Both the position numbers and the translations under genes were made by a program. The notes under the pieces were generated by a model. The model was not told the origin of the DNA. It was given only the letters and a program-made list of their open reading frames with translations, and searched no databases. Below are positions 38,699-45,538 of a DNA stretch of 64,000 bases, in pieces. Source of the DNA: a virus (Duplodnaviria; Heunggongvirae; Uroviricota; Caudoviricetes); IMG/VR virus record IMGVR_UViG_3300042314_001251, positions 31,580 through 95,579 of that record, one strand, 5' to 3'. The number at the start of each line of letters is the position of its first letter. Position 1 is the stretch's first letter.

Positions 38699-39493
38699 AT
38701 GAAATATTTTTTTGAAATTAAAGAGATAGATAAAACTCTTGCTATAGAATTTGTACAAGAAAGACACTATTCAAAAGTAATGCCTAAATTAACCAAACAT
38801 TGGTTAGGTTGTTTTTTAAACAATGAGTTAGTTGGTGTTGTTACATTGGGGTGGGGGACACAACCCTTACAAACAATTAAAAAGTTATTCCCGAACTTAA
38901 AATCAGAGGATTATTACGAAATTGGTAAGATGTGTATGGATGATTCTATGCCTAGAAATTCAGAGTCACAGATGTTAGCTCAAGTAGTTAGATGGATGAA
39001 AACTAATTTACCTGAAAAGAAATTTCTTTATACATGGGCAGATGGAATTGTGGGTAAAGTTGGGTATGTGTACCAAGGGTCTAATTTTTATTATGGTAAT
39101 TTTATTTGGACCGATATCTACATATCACCTTTAGGGGAGAAAATACACCCAAGAAGTTCAAAAGCTTTATTGAAAGAAAATGCTGAATTTTCGGGTAAAG
39201 AAAAATTATTTTGGATGACCCCTGATTTTATAAAAATAAAAGGTATTCGTAGAATTAGAGGAAAACAATTTAGATATATATACCCCCTGAATAAAAAATC
39301 AAAAGAACTTTTAAGAAGAGAATCTACGGTAGTATGGAACAAAATATACCCAAAAGAAGTTGACCTGTTATGGAAAGAACAAAAAGGTAAAGGTGATTAT
39401 GTTTTATTAACGAGTAAACCTGAAATGAATTTAAGTGTTGTTGAATATAATCAAAACAATGTTAATGCACATAAAAAGTTAAAGAAATCTTAG
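38699..39493 (+). CDS. hypothetical protein, paralog B of the tandem pair
   Basis: Shared ~130-aa N-terminal domain with 37966..38697. Confidence 0.45.
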   Translation: MKYFFEIKEIDKTLAIEFVQERHYSKVMPKLTKHWLGCFLNNELVGVVTLGWGTQPLQTIKKLFPNLKSEDYYEIGKMCMDDSMPRNSESQMLAQVVRWMKTNLPEKKFLYTWADGIVGKVGYVYQGSNFYYGNFIWTDIYISPLGEKIHPRSSKALLKENAEFSGKEKLFWMTPDFIKIKGIRRIRGKQFRYIYPLNKKSKELLRRESTVVWNKIYPKEVDLLWKEQKGKGDYVLLTSKPEMNLSVVEYNQNNVNAHKKLKKS

Positions 39494-39507
39494 GATATTT
39501 ATTATTG

Positions 39508-40410
39508 ATGAAAAAAACTATTAGAAAAGTATTAAGAGAAGAACAATTATCATTGTTCGATGATTACGAAGACACCAGTTATAAAATATGTTCCCATTTT
39601 AAAGATGAGGACCAGCAGAACCTATGTTCAAATTTAAATTCTCTTGGTAAATTTTTATATTCAGAGGATGGTTTAGGTTTACAAAGAATCATTGATTTTA
39701 AAACCAACCAAATGAAAAAACTTGTTGATTTAAACAATCAATACCAAGAACCACTAGCTATTTTATGGGAAACAGGTAAATACAATCAATCAGGTAGATA
39801 TGATTATATCTCAAAAGAAAATGACTACTATCAAAATGAGGCCATGAAATCTGTTAATAGAGTTTATGATGATAATGGTAAATGGGATTCTATTAATAAA
39901 TTAAACACAAATTATTCTGATTTAGCTGAACTATTAACAGAATTATTTATCAGAGGTAATATGGTAGGTACCCTAAAAGATAAAAACGCTTTAGGATTAA
40001 GGAAGTATCTTATATCTATTAAAGATAAGTTAGAAAGAGTTATAGATAAGTATATAAAATTAGATGAGTTTAAATCTTTCGTAAGAAATACAAAACACTT
40101 ATCAAAAATAGGTGAAAAAGCTGAAAACGATGTTAAAAACATTTTAACAAAGGCTCAAATAGATACAGTGTATCAGGGGGGTGATGGGGACTTTGTTGAT
40201 ATGATTTTTGGTGTAGACCTTATAGTGAATTCTGGTGGTGAGGTTTATACGATACAAGTTAAGAGTAATGAGATTCAGGCAAAAGAATCTAGAGGATTAA
40301 AAAAATATGGAAAGATTGACTTTACTGCTTCACCTACCGATTATGGTATTATTATGTTTGATATAGATAATAACGAATTAAAATTCGATAAAAATGGTGA
40401 TGAAATCTAA
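39508..40410 (+). CDS. hypothetical protein (N-terminal IRKVLREE motif family)
   Basis: ATG at 39508; ORF track opens at a TTG at 39505. Confidence 0.5.
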   Translation: MKKTIRKVLREEQLSLFDDYEDTSYKICSHFKDEDQQNLCSNLNSLGKFLYSEDGLGLQRIIDFKTNQMKKLVDLNNQYQEPLAILWETGKYNQSGRYDYISKENDYYQNEAMKSVNRVYDDNGKWDSINKLNTNYSDLAELLTELFIRGNMVGTLKDKNALGLRKYLISIKDKLERVIDKYIKLDEFKSFVRNTKHLSKIGEKAENDVKNILTKAQIDTVYQGGDGDFVDMIFGVDLIVNSGGEVYTIQVKSNEIQAKESRGLKKYGKIDFTASPTDYGIIMFDIDNNELKFDKNGDEI

Positions 40411-40413
40411 TAA

Positions 40414-40650
40414 ATGGAACCAAAAAAACTTTTAAAAATACATAGTTTTTTATATGGTATAAATGAAATCTTAGGATATAAGGGTAATACTATTATAGAG
40501 ACTGATTATATCTACGCACCATATTTACCTATGTTTATAGAAGAAGATTTTAGACCTAGGCAAGGGATTGCTTCAAGGTATGCACGAAAAATCGTGAATA
40601 ACAATTTTTATGGGAGAGTTACACTTGGAGCCGATACGCAAAATACCTAA
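40414..40650 (+). CDS. hypothetical small protein
   Basis: 78-aa ORF. Confidence 0.4.
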   Translation: MEPKKLLKIHSFLYGINEILGYKGNTIIETDYIYAPYLPMFIEEDFRPRQGIASRYARKIVNNNFYGRVTLGADTQNT

Positions 40651-41035
40651 ATTTAATTTTGACAATTCAATAAATTTTAATTTTAATTCTTACACTGTTA
40701 ATGCGGGTGCAAGAACAATACGTGCAACATGGTCACCCGAATTAGCACAAGATTTACAAGCATACCACGGGATAGACGCTGAGGCTGAATTAACGAGGTT
40801 ATTATCTGAGGAATGGGCTAGAAGTATTGATAGAGAAATTATTAATACTCTTCTTGCTCAAGATTTAATAACCGTACAACCATTAGGCCGACCAATCGGT
40901 CATCTTTTTTATTTCGATTCCCAATACGAAACATTCGAACCTAAAGTTTATGACGATGGTTCTTGGAGTCTAAAAAATATTTTTGAAAGTTCCATTGGTT
41001 TTAAAATAGAAATATCCCCACATAAGTTTATTTAA
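40610..41035 (+). CDS. hypothetical protein
   Basis: ATG start, 41-nt overlap with upstream ORF in another frame. Confidence 0.4.
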   Translation: MGELHLEPIRKIPKFNFDNSINFNFNSYTVNAGARTIRATWSPELAQDLQAYHGIDAEAELTRLLSEEWARSIDREIINTLLAQDLITVQPLGRPIGHLFYFDSQYETFEPKVYDDGSWSLKNIFESSIGFKIEISPHKFI

Positions 41036-41054
41036 TTAATTTTGCCGATATTTA

Positions 41055-41393
41055 TTGTTAAATGAATTTAACGTGCAAAATAACCTTTTCAATAGATTTT
41101 TATTGTTATTGGGATTTTTTAAATTTAAAAAAACTGAATCAAAAGATGAGGCTTTTAATAGATTAAAAAAATTAGTTCTTTCTGTTAAAAATAGGGAGGA
41201 TTTAATTAATGCTGTTAAACTAATAAACCACTTTAATAAAACTTATGAAATAAATCCTGAATCAGCGGAATTTATTTATTTTAACAAAATAGTTAATTTA
41301 ATGAGATTGATTATTCGTAAAAAACATAAGAAAAGTGGTGACAAAAATGACGAGGGTCAGTGGAAATGCGAAATAGAATTAGAAAGATATTAA
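41055..41393 (+). CDS. hypothetical protein (TTG start; no in-frame ATG near the 5' end)
   Basis: 112-aa ORF. Confidence 0.3.
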   Translation: MLNEFNVQNNLFNRFLLLLGFFKFKKTESKDEAFNRLKKLVLSVKNREDLINAVKLINHFNKTYEINPESAEFIYFNKIVNLMRLIIRKKHKKSGDKNDEGQWKCEIELERY

Positions 41394-42736
41394 AAGAAAA
41401 TTCTGATGAGTTAGGTAATTGGTTTAATGAAATCGAACCGACCTTTAAAAATTGGAATTTTGAGTTTGATGGTAAACACGAATATTGGGTCGATTTAACT
41501 AAAATGACTAAAGATGAAATTAGTGTTGTTGCTGATTACATTTTAAAATGTTTACCAAACATTAGTGGGTTACGAAAAACTAAGTTTAAAAATTTAGGAG
41601 ATTATGATGGTGTTGTCATTCATTGCGGTAGTGAAGATAATGATTATTATCCCACAGAAAATTATGTATGTTTTATGGAGTTTTCTTTTGATGATGACGA
41701 AGAAAAAAATAATAGTATTTATATTGACGGTAGAGAAGTGTATGAGTACATCAAAATCAAAGAAGAACAAAATTTAAAAGAAAGTTTAAATTGGTCTGAT
41801 AAAGACACAATTAATTGGGATAAAGACCCTAATTGGGGTACTGATAACTATTATGGCCCTGACACTAACAATTGGACAACCGATACAGCAAAAAGCCAAT
41901 GGGTACAAGGTGATGGAGGTGGTGTCTCAAAATCATCAGAAGATACAATGTCAGAAGAAGATGAAATAGAATTTGGTGACGATTTTGATTGGGCTAAAAA
42001 TACTGGGGTACAACCAAATTATAATGGACATCCACAAGGTGTGGTTTATCTTCGTGACCATGATGAAATTGATGAATTTTGTGATATTATAGAAACTTAT
42101 AATGGTGGTGAATTACCTAGAGGTAATGTAAGAGAAAATTTACATAGTGGTTTAGAAAATAGTAGGGATGAATTAGAGGGTAGTGACTATAACCCTTCTA
42201 ATGCTGTAATATCAGTCTCATTTTTTGTAGAAAAAAACAAACCCAGTTTATTGTCCGTTGGTTATTGGGGTTATGATGTAGCTGACAGGTCAATTTTTGA
42301 ATGGTTAGAAGATGGTGACACATTTAACAATGAATATGAATTATATACCAATTTAAATCAAGTTAAAAAGGTTTTTGAAGATTATCAAAATCCTGAATTA
42401 GTGAAAGAATCTACTGACCCAGAATGGGAGTGGCTAAATGATGTACCTGTTACAATCCCATTTGAAATGGTTGAATTACATAAAAAATATAAAATAGAAG
42501 TAAAAGAAGATTTACGAGACGCTATTGAGTCATGTGGTGATAATTCAAGAATATTTGTACAAGGGTATTACGGTGTTGTCACCAAAACTGATACAATATC
42601 TTATAATCGAATACATTGTGATTCAGAAATAGAAGATGAAGTTTTTACTTTACAATTATATTTTTATGATATAGATGATAATAAAATTAGTTACTTTTGG
42701 GTATCCTCTAATATGGTAGATTTTTACGAAATATAA
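41366..42736 (+). CDS. hypothetical acidic protein (N-terminal IRKILKEN motif; internal ESTDPEWEWL motif repeated in next gene)
   Basis: ATG at 41366; ORF track opens at GTG 41360; D/E-rich. Confidence 0.5.
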   Translation: MRNRIRKILKENSDELGNWFNEIEPTFKNWNFEFDGKHEYWVDLTKMTKDEISVVADYILKCLPNISGLRKTKFKNLGDYDGVVIHCGSEDNDYYPTENYVCFMEFSFDDDEEKNNSIYIDGREVYEYIKIKEEQNLKESLNWSDKDTINWDKDPNWGTDNYYGPDTNNWTTDTAKSQWVQGDGGGVSKSSEDTMSEEDEIEFGDDFDWAKNTGVQPNYNGHPQGVVYLRDHDEIDEFCDIIETYNGGELPRGNVRENLHSGLENSRDELEGSDYNPSNAVISVSFFVEKNKPSLLSVGYWGYDVADRSIFEWLEDGDTFNNEYELYTNLNQVKKVFEDYQNPELVKESTDPEWEWLNDVPVTIPFEMVELHKKYKIEVKEDLRDAIESCGDNSRIFVQGYYGVVTKTDTISYNRIHCDSEIEDEVFTLQLYFYDIDDNKISYFWVSSNMVDFYEI

Positions 42737-43164
42737 TGAGAAATTTAATTAAAAAAATATTAAAAGAATCTACTGACCCAGATTGGGCATGGCTAGATGA
42801 GATACCACCAATTATAGATGGTTGGGATTTATATCATAACAAATTAAAAGGTGAATCTTTTACAATAAATCTTAAATCTGAAGTTATGACTGATGATTGT
42901 GTTGATGAATACTTCCCAGATGATGTTGATTATGAATCTGAAGTAAAAGTAATATTAGTAGAAGTGGTACCAAAAATGAGGGTAAAAACAAATGGTTGTT
43001 ATACTAAAGAGGTAGAAGTATTATTATTAAAATTTTATGAAAGTACTAATGGACATGATGGGATTAGTGACAATTTTAGTGGTGAAAAAAATGGGGAGAT
43101 TGCTAATATGTGTGATAATAGATGTTGGTGGGTTTACCCTGGGTTAATAAACGTAAATTATTAA
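42736..43164 (+). CDS. hypothetical protein (IKKILKESTDPDWAWL; paralogous segment of 41366..42736)
   Basis: ATGA overlap with upstream gene. Confidence 0.5.
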   Translation: MRNLIKKILKESTDPDWAWLDEIPPIIDGWDLYHNKLKGESFTINLKSEVMTDDCVDEYFPDDVDYESEVKVILVEVVPKMRVKTNGCYTKEVEVLLLKFYESTNGHDGISDNFSGEKNGEIANMCDNRCWWVYPGLINVNY

Positions 43165-43325
43165 AGATTTCTTAACATTAGATATTTGTCCTTTTTACTT
43201 TTATGACCTATATATTGTTATATGAAAATAATATTATTAACACTAATAATAACAACAATCACATTTTTATTACTGACAGTCTCAAAAGACAGAAAAGAGT
43301 ATTTTGATTATTACGGAAAAAAGTA

Positions 43326-43333
43326 ATATCTTT
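43326..43333 (+). promoter_or_regulatory. -7 box TAtcTTTG, 6 nt upstream of ATG 43339
   Basis: Exact TAnnTTTG. Confidence 0.5.
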
Positions 43334-43338
43334 GTCTT

Positions 43339-43548
43339 ATGGAAATAATTGATTATACTTGGTTCACAACATCCCAAACAGTTGGTATTGTTTTAGTTAA
43401 AGACCCCTATGATGGGTATAAAGCATATATTGGTGTGGCGAAGGGTGGTAACGAACTTGACGATGTTACCCATATTACAAAATGGGGGAGTAGTTTCCCT
43501 ATCGAAGCGGCAAAAAAATTATTTACACACATAAATTTTACAAATTAA
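43339..43548 (+). CDS. hypothetical small protein
   Basis: 69-aa ORF. Confidence 0.45.
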   Translation: MEIIDYTWFTTSQTVGIVLVKDPYDGYKAYIGVAKGGNELDDVTHITKWGSSFPIEAAKKLFTHINFTN

Positions 43549-43570
43549 TTGACAATTTAAAAACTTTTAT

Positions 43571-43578
43571 TATCTTTG
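43571..43578 (+). promoter_or_regulatory. -7 box TAtcTTTG upstream of a 37-codon ORF (43608..43721) and the first tRNA cluster
   Basis: Exact TAnnTTTG; may drive the tRNA cluster transcript. Confidence 0.4.
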
Positions 43579-43788
43579 TAACATATTTAATTAATAAGAA
43601 TAAAAAAATGATAACAAATAACATACATATCAGCAATCGTAATCAGTGGTATCAGCCGTGTTTTATTAACAATGGTAAGGGTATGTTATGTGTAAATGGA
43701 AGTGAGGAAATAATTTAATCACAGAAGTAAATAAAAATATAACAAACCCAATTCCAAAAGAGTTGGGTTTTTTGTTTATAAAAAAAAA

Positions 43789-43862
43789 CGATGTGTATAT
43801 CAGTTGGTTAGATAGACACTCTGATAAGGTGTAGGTCGGAGGTTCGAGCCCTCCCACATCGA
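43789..43862 (+). tRNA. tRNA-Ile (anticodon GAT)
   Basis: Acceptor CGATGTG/CACATCG, anticodon arm ACACT-CTGATAA-GGTGT, T-arm GGAGG-TTCGAGC-CCTCC. Confidence 0.8.
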
Positions 43863-43890
43863 CAAAAAAGAAAAAGTTCTTTGATGTATT
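43861..43890 (+). repeat. 30-nt segment GACAAAAAAGAAAAAGTTCTTTGATGTATT, repeated with 3 differences at 60697..60725
   Basis: Direct repeat found by eye; follows a tRNA 3' end here and a hairpin at the second site. Confidence 0.55.
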
Positions 43891-43902
43891 GGTATTAGTA
43901 AT

Positions 43903-43975
43903 GACTCAGTAGCTCAATTGGTAGAGCTCCACACTGTTAATGTGGCCGTTACAGGTTCAAGTCCTGTCTGAGTCG
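43903..43975 (+). tRNA. tRNA-Asn (anticodon GTT)
   Basis: Acceptor GACTCAG/CTGAGTC, D-arm GCTCAATTGGTAGAGC, anticodon loop CTGTTAA, T-arm ACAGG-TTCAAGT-CCTGT. Confidence 0.8.
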
Positions 43976-44105
43976 CTGAGGTTGATTGGGGAATGATATA
44001 ACGTTAACGTGTCAGTAGTCGTGGTTATATCGGAGTTGTAACTGTCCGAGTAAAGCCAATCGTAAAAGGGGATGTCCACACAACCATCTTCCCCTTTCCT
44101 AACTT

Positions 44106-44186
44106 GGGAACTGAAAGTCGTTTGGATACGGCAGCGAAACTGTAAATTTCGTCCTCGCGGGAGTGGTTCGAGTCCACCAGGTCCCA
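44106..44186 (+). tRNA. irregular tRNA-Tyr-like (anticodon GTA; class II-type)
   Basis: Perfect anticodon arm CGAAA-CTGTAAA-TTTCG (as in bacterial tRNA-Tyr), T-arm AGTGG-TTCGAGT-CCACC, acceptor GGGAACT/AGGTCCC with one A-G mismatch and 4 nt instead of 2 between acceptor and D stem. Confidence 0.45.
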
Positions 44187-44254
44187 CAAAAAAAAATAAA
44201 TGTAATATAAGTGGATTTTAACTCTGTTTGTTATATTTATAATAAAAGAATATT

Positions 44255-44704
44255 ATGAAACAGAGAGAAGTTAAAATTACTGATGAAGAAATAAAGTTGG
44301 CATATGACAAATACGACACACTACATCAGGCATCCGCAGAATTAAAAATGACTACTGTGTCATTATGGAGAAGGGCAAAAAAAATTGGTTTAGCCTGGAA
44401 AGATAAAAACTTTAAACCTGAACAACAAAAAATACCTTTAAACGAGATTATAGAAGGTAAACATCCGTACTACCAAACCTTAAAATTAAAAAAAAGGTTA
44501 TTGAAAGAAGGGGTTAAAGAAAATAAGTGTGATATTTGCGGTATAATAGATTGGAATAATATAGAGTTATCAATGCAATTAGACCATATTGATGGTGACT
44601 CACACAACCACAAATTGGATAATTTAAGGATGGTTTGCCCTAACTGCCATTCACAAACAAACACTTATTGTGGTAAAAATAAAAAAATCAAAGCGGAAAT
44701 TTGA
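44255..44704 (+). CDS. HNH homing-endonuclease-like protein
   Basis: CDICG...LDHIDGDSHNHKLDNLRMVCPNCHSQ (HNH with CxxC...CxxC zinc site). Confidence 0.7.
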   Translation: MKQREVKITDEEIKLAYDKYDTLHQASAELKMTTVSLWRRAKKIGLAWKDKNFKPEQQKIPLNEIIEGKHPYYQTLKLKKRLLKEGVKENKCDICGIIDWNNIELSMQLDHIDGDSHNHKLDNLRMVCPNCHSQTNTYCGKNKKIKAEI

Positions 44705-44734
44705 AAACAACATGTCTTCCTGTATATTTTATAC

Positions 44735-44806
44735 GCGTCTTTGGTGTAATTGGTAGCACGGCTGGTTCCAACCCAGTCGGTCAGGGTTCGAGGCCTTGGG
44801 GATGTG
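44735..44806 (+). tRNA. tRNA-Trp (anticodon CCA)
   Basis: D-arm GTGT-AATTGGTA-GCAC, anticodon arm GCTGG-TTCCAAC-CCAGT, T-arm CAGGG-TTCGAGG-CCTTG; acceptor GCGTCTT/GGGATGT pairs only with four G-U wobbles. Confidence 0.6.
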
Positions 44807-44811
44807 CAAAT

Positions 44812-44884
44812 GGTGATGTAGCTCAGTTGGTAGAGCAAAGGACTGAAAATCCTTGTGTCGAAGGTTCAATTCCTTCCATCACCA
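44812..44884 (+). tRNA. tRNA-Phe (anticodon GAA)
   Basis: Acceptor GGTGATG/CATCACC, D-arm AGCTCAGTTGGTAGAGC, anticodon arm AAGGA-CTGAAAA-TCCTT, T-arm GAAGG-TTCAATT-CCTTC; CCA follows. Confidence 0.85.
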
Positions 44885-44891
44885 CCATTAT

Positions 44892-44966
44892 AGGGTAATG
44901 GACTAATTGGCAAGTCACCACGTTTGGGACGTGGGCATCGTGAGAGTTCGAGTCTCTCTTACCCTA
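44892..44966 (+). tRNA. tRNA-Pro (anticodon TGG)
   Basis: Acceptor AGGGTAA/TTACCCT, anticodon arm CCACG-TTTGGGA-CGTGG, T-arm GAGAG-TTCGAGT-CTCTC. Confidence 0.7.
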
Positions 44967-44974
44967 CTATACAA

Positions 44975-45047
44975 TGTCCTATGGTGTAATTGGCAACACG
45001 TCGGTTTTTGGTACCGAAGAGTCGAGGTTCGAACCCTTGTGGGACAA
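44975..45047 (+). tRNA. tRNA-Gln (anticodon TTG)
   Basis: U1-A72 acceptor TGTCCTA/TGGGACA, D-arm GTGT-AATTGGCA-ACAC, anticodon arm TCGGT-TTTTGGT-ACCGA, T-arm CGAGG-TTCGAAC-CCTTG. Confidence 0.75.
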
Positions 45048-45131
45048 CAATATGGTGTTTGAAGCATTAAGGTGATGTACTAGTTTGTGGGACTAGGAAA
45101 GACGGGTCGGTACCGTCCTTACACCCAAAAA

Positions 45132-45218
45132 GGAAAGGTGGGTGAGTGGCTAAAACCAACAATCTGCTAAGTTGTCGTACCTGTAAGGGTACCGAGGGTT
45201 CGAATCCCTCCCTTTCCT
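45132..45218 (+). tRNA. tRNA-Ser (anticodon GCT; class II, long variable arm)
   Basis: Acceptor GGAAAGG/CCTTTCC, anticodon arm ACAAT-CTGCTAA-GTTGT, variable hairpin GTACC..GGTAC, T-arm GAGGG-TTCGAAT-CCCTC; CCA follows. Confidence 0.8.
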
Positions 45219-45224
45219 CCATAT

Positions 45225-45296
45225 GTGGATGTGATGTAACGGTTAACATGAGACTCTTATACAGTCTTCTCGGTGGTTCAACTCCACCCATCCATA
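45225..45296 (+). tRNA. tRNA-Ile (anticodon TAT, would decode AUA)
   Basis: Acceptor GTGGATG/CATCCAT, D-arm ATGT-AACGGTTA-ACAT, anticodon arm AGACT-CTTATAC-AGTCT, T-arm GGTGG-TTCAACT-CCACC. Confidence 0.7.
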
Positions 45297-45301
45297 CTAT
45301 T

Positions 45302-45375
45302 ACACTCTTAGCTCAATGGATTAGAGCACAACGTTACGGACGTTGGGGTTGGTGGTTCGAGTCCATCAGAGTGTA
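45302..45375 (+). tRNA. tRNA-Arg (anticodon ACG)
   Basis: Acceptor ACACTCT/AGAGTGT, D-arm GCTC-AATGGATTA-GAGC, anticodon arm CAACG-TTACGGA-CGTTG, T-arm GGTGG-TTCGAGT-CCATC. Confidence 0.8.
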
Positions 45376-45384
45376 CAATAATAA

Positions 45385-45455
45385 GGCACCATGCCCGAGT
45401 GGTTAGGGGTCGGTCTGCAAAACCGCTTACATTGGTTCGAACCCAATTGGTGCCT
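45385..45455 (+). tRNA. tRNA-Cys (anticodon GCA)
   Basis: Acceptor GGCACCA/TGGTGCC with U73 discriminator, anticodon loop CTGCAAA, T-arm ATTGG-TTCGAAC-CCAAT. Confidence 0.75.
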
Positions 45456-45538
45456 CTATCTTTAATTTCTTTTATATTCAATATAGGCCCAAACACCAAC
45501 AAATATTGGGGTTAGTATAGCAATAACTATTTCTGTAT

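Noticed and set aside
43666-45502. ORF-track reading frames 43666..43857(-), 43957..44187(-), 44470..44664(-), 44701..44898(+), 45067..45291(-), 45146..45406(+), 45308..45502(-) overlapping the first tRNA cluster
   Set aside because: They are translations across tRNA genes (tell-tale GGLEPP / GSNPS strings from T-arm sequence) on either strand, or antisense to the HNH gene. No promoter or start context. The tRNA interpretation explains the sequence better.
45456-45538. 26-codon hydrophobic minus-strand ORF (MNTEIVIAILTPIFVGVWAYIEYKRN) downstream of the T9SS-cargo gene
   Set aside because: Too short and without start context. Possibly a real micro-protein but not supportable from sequence alone.
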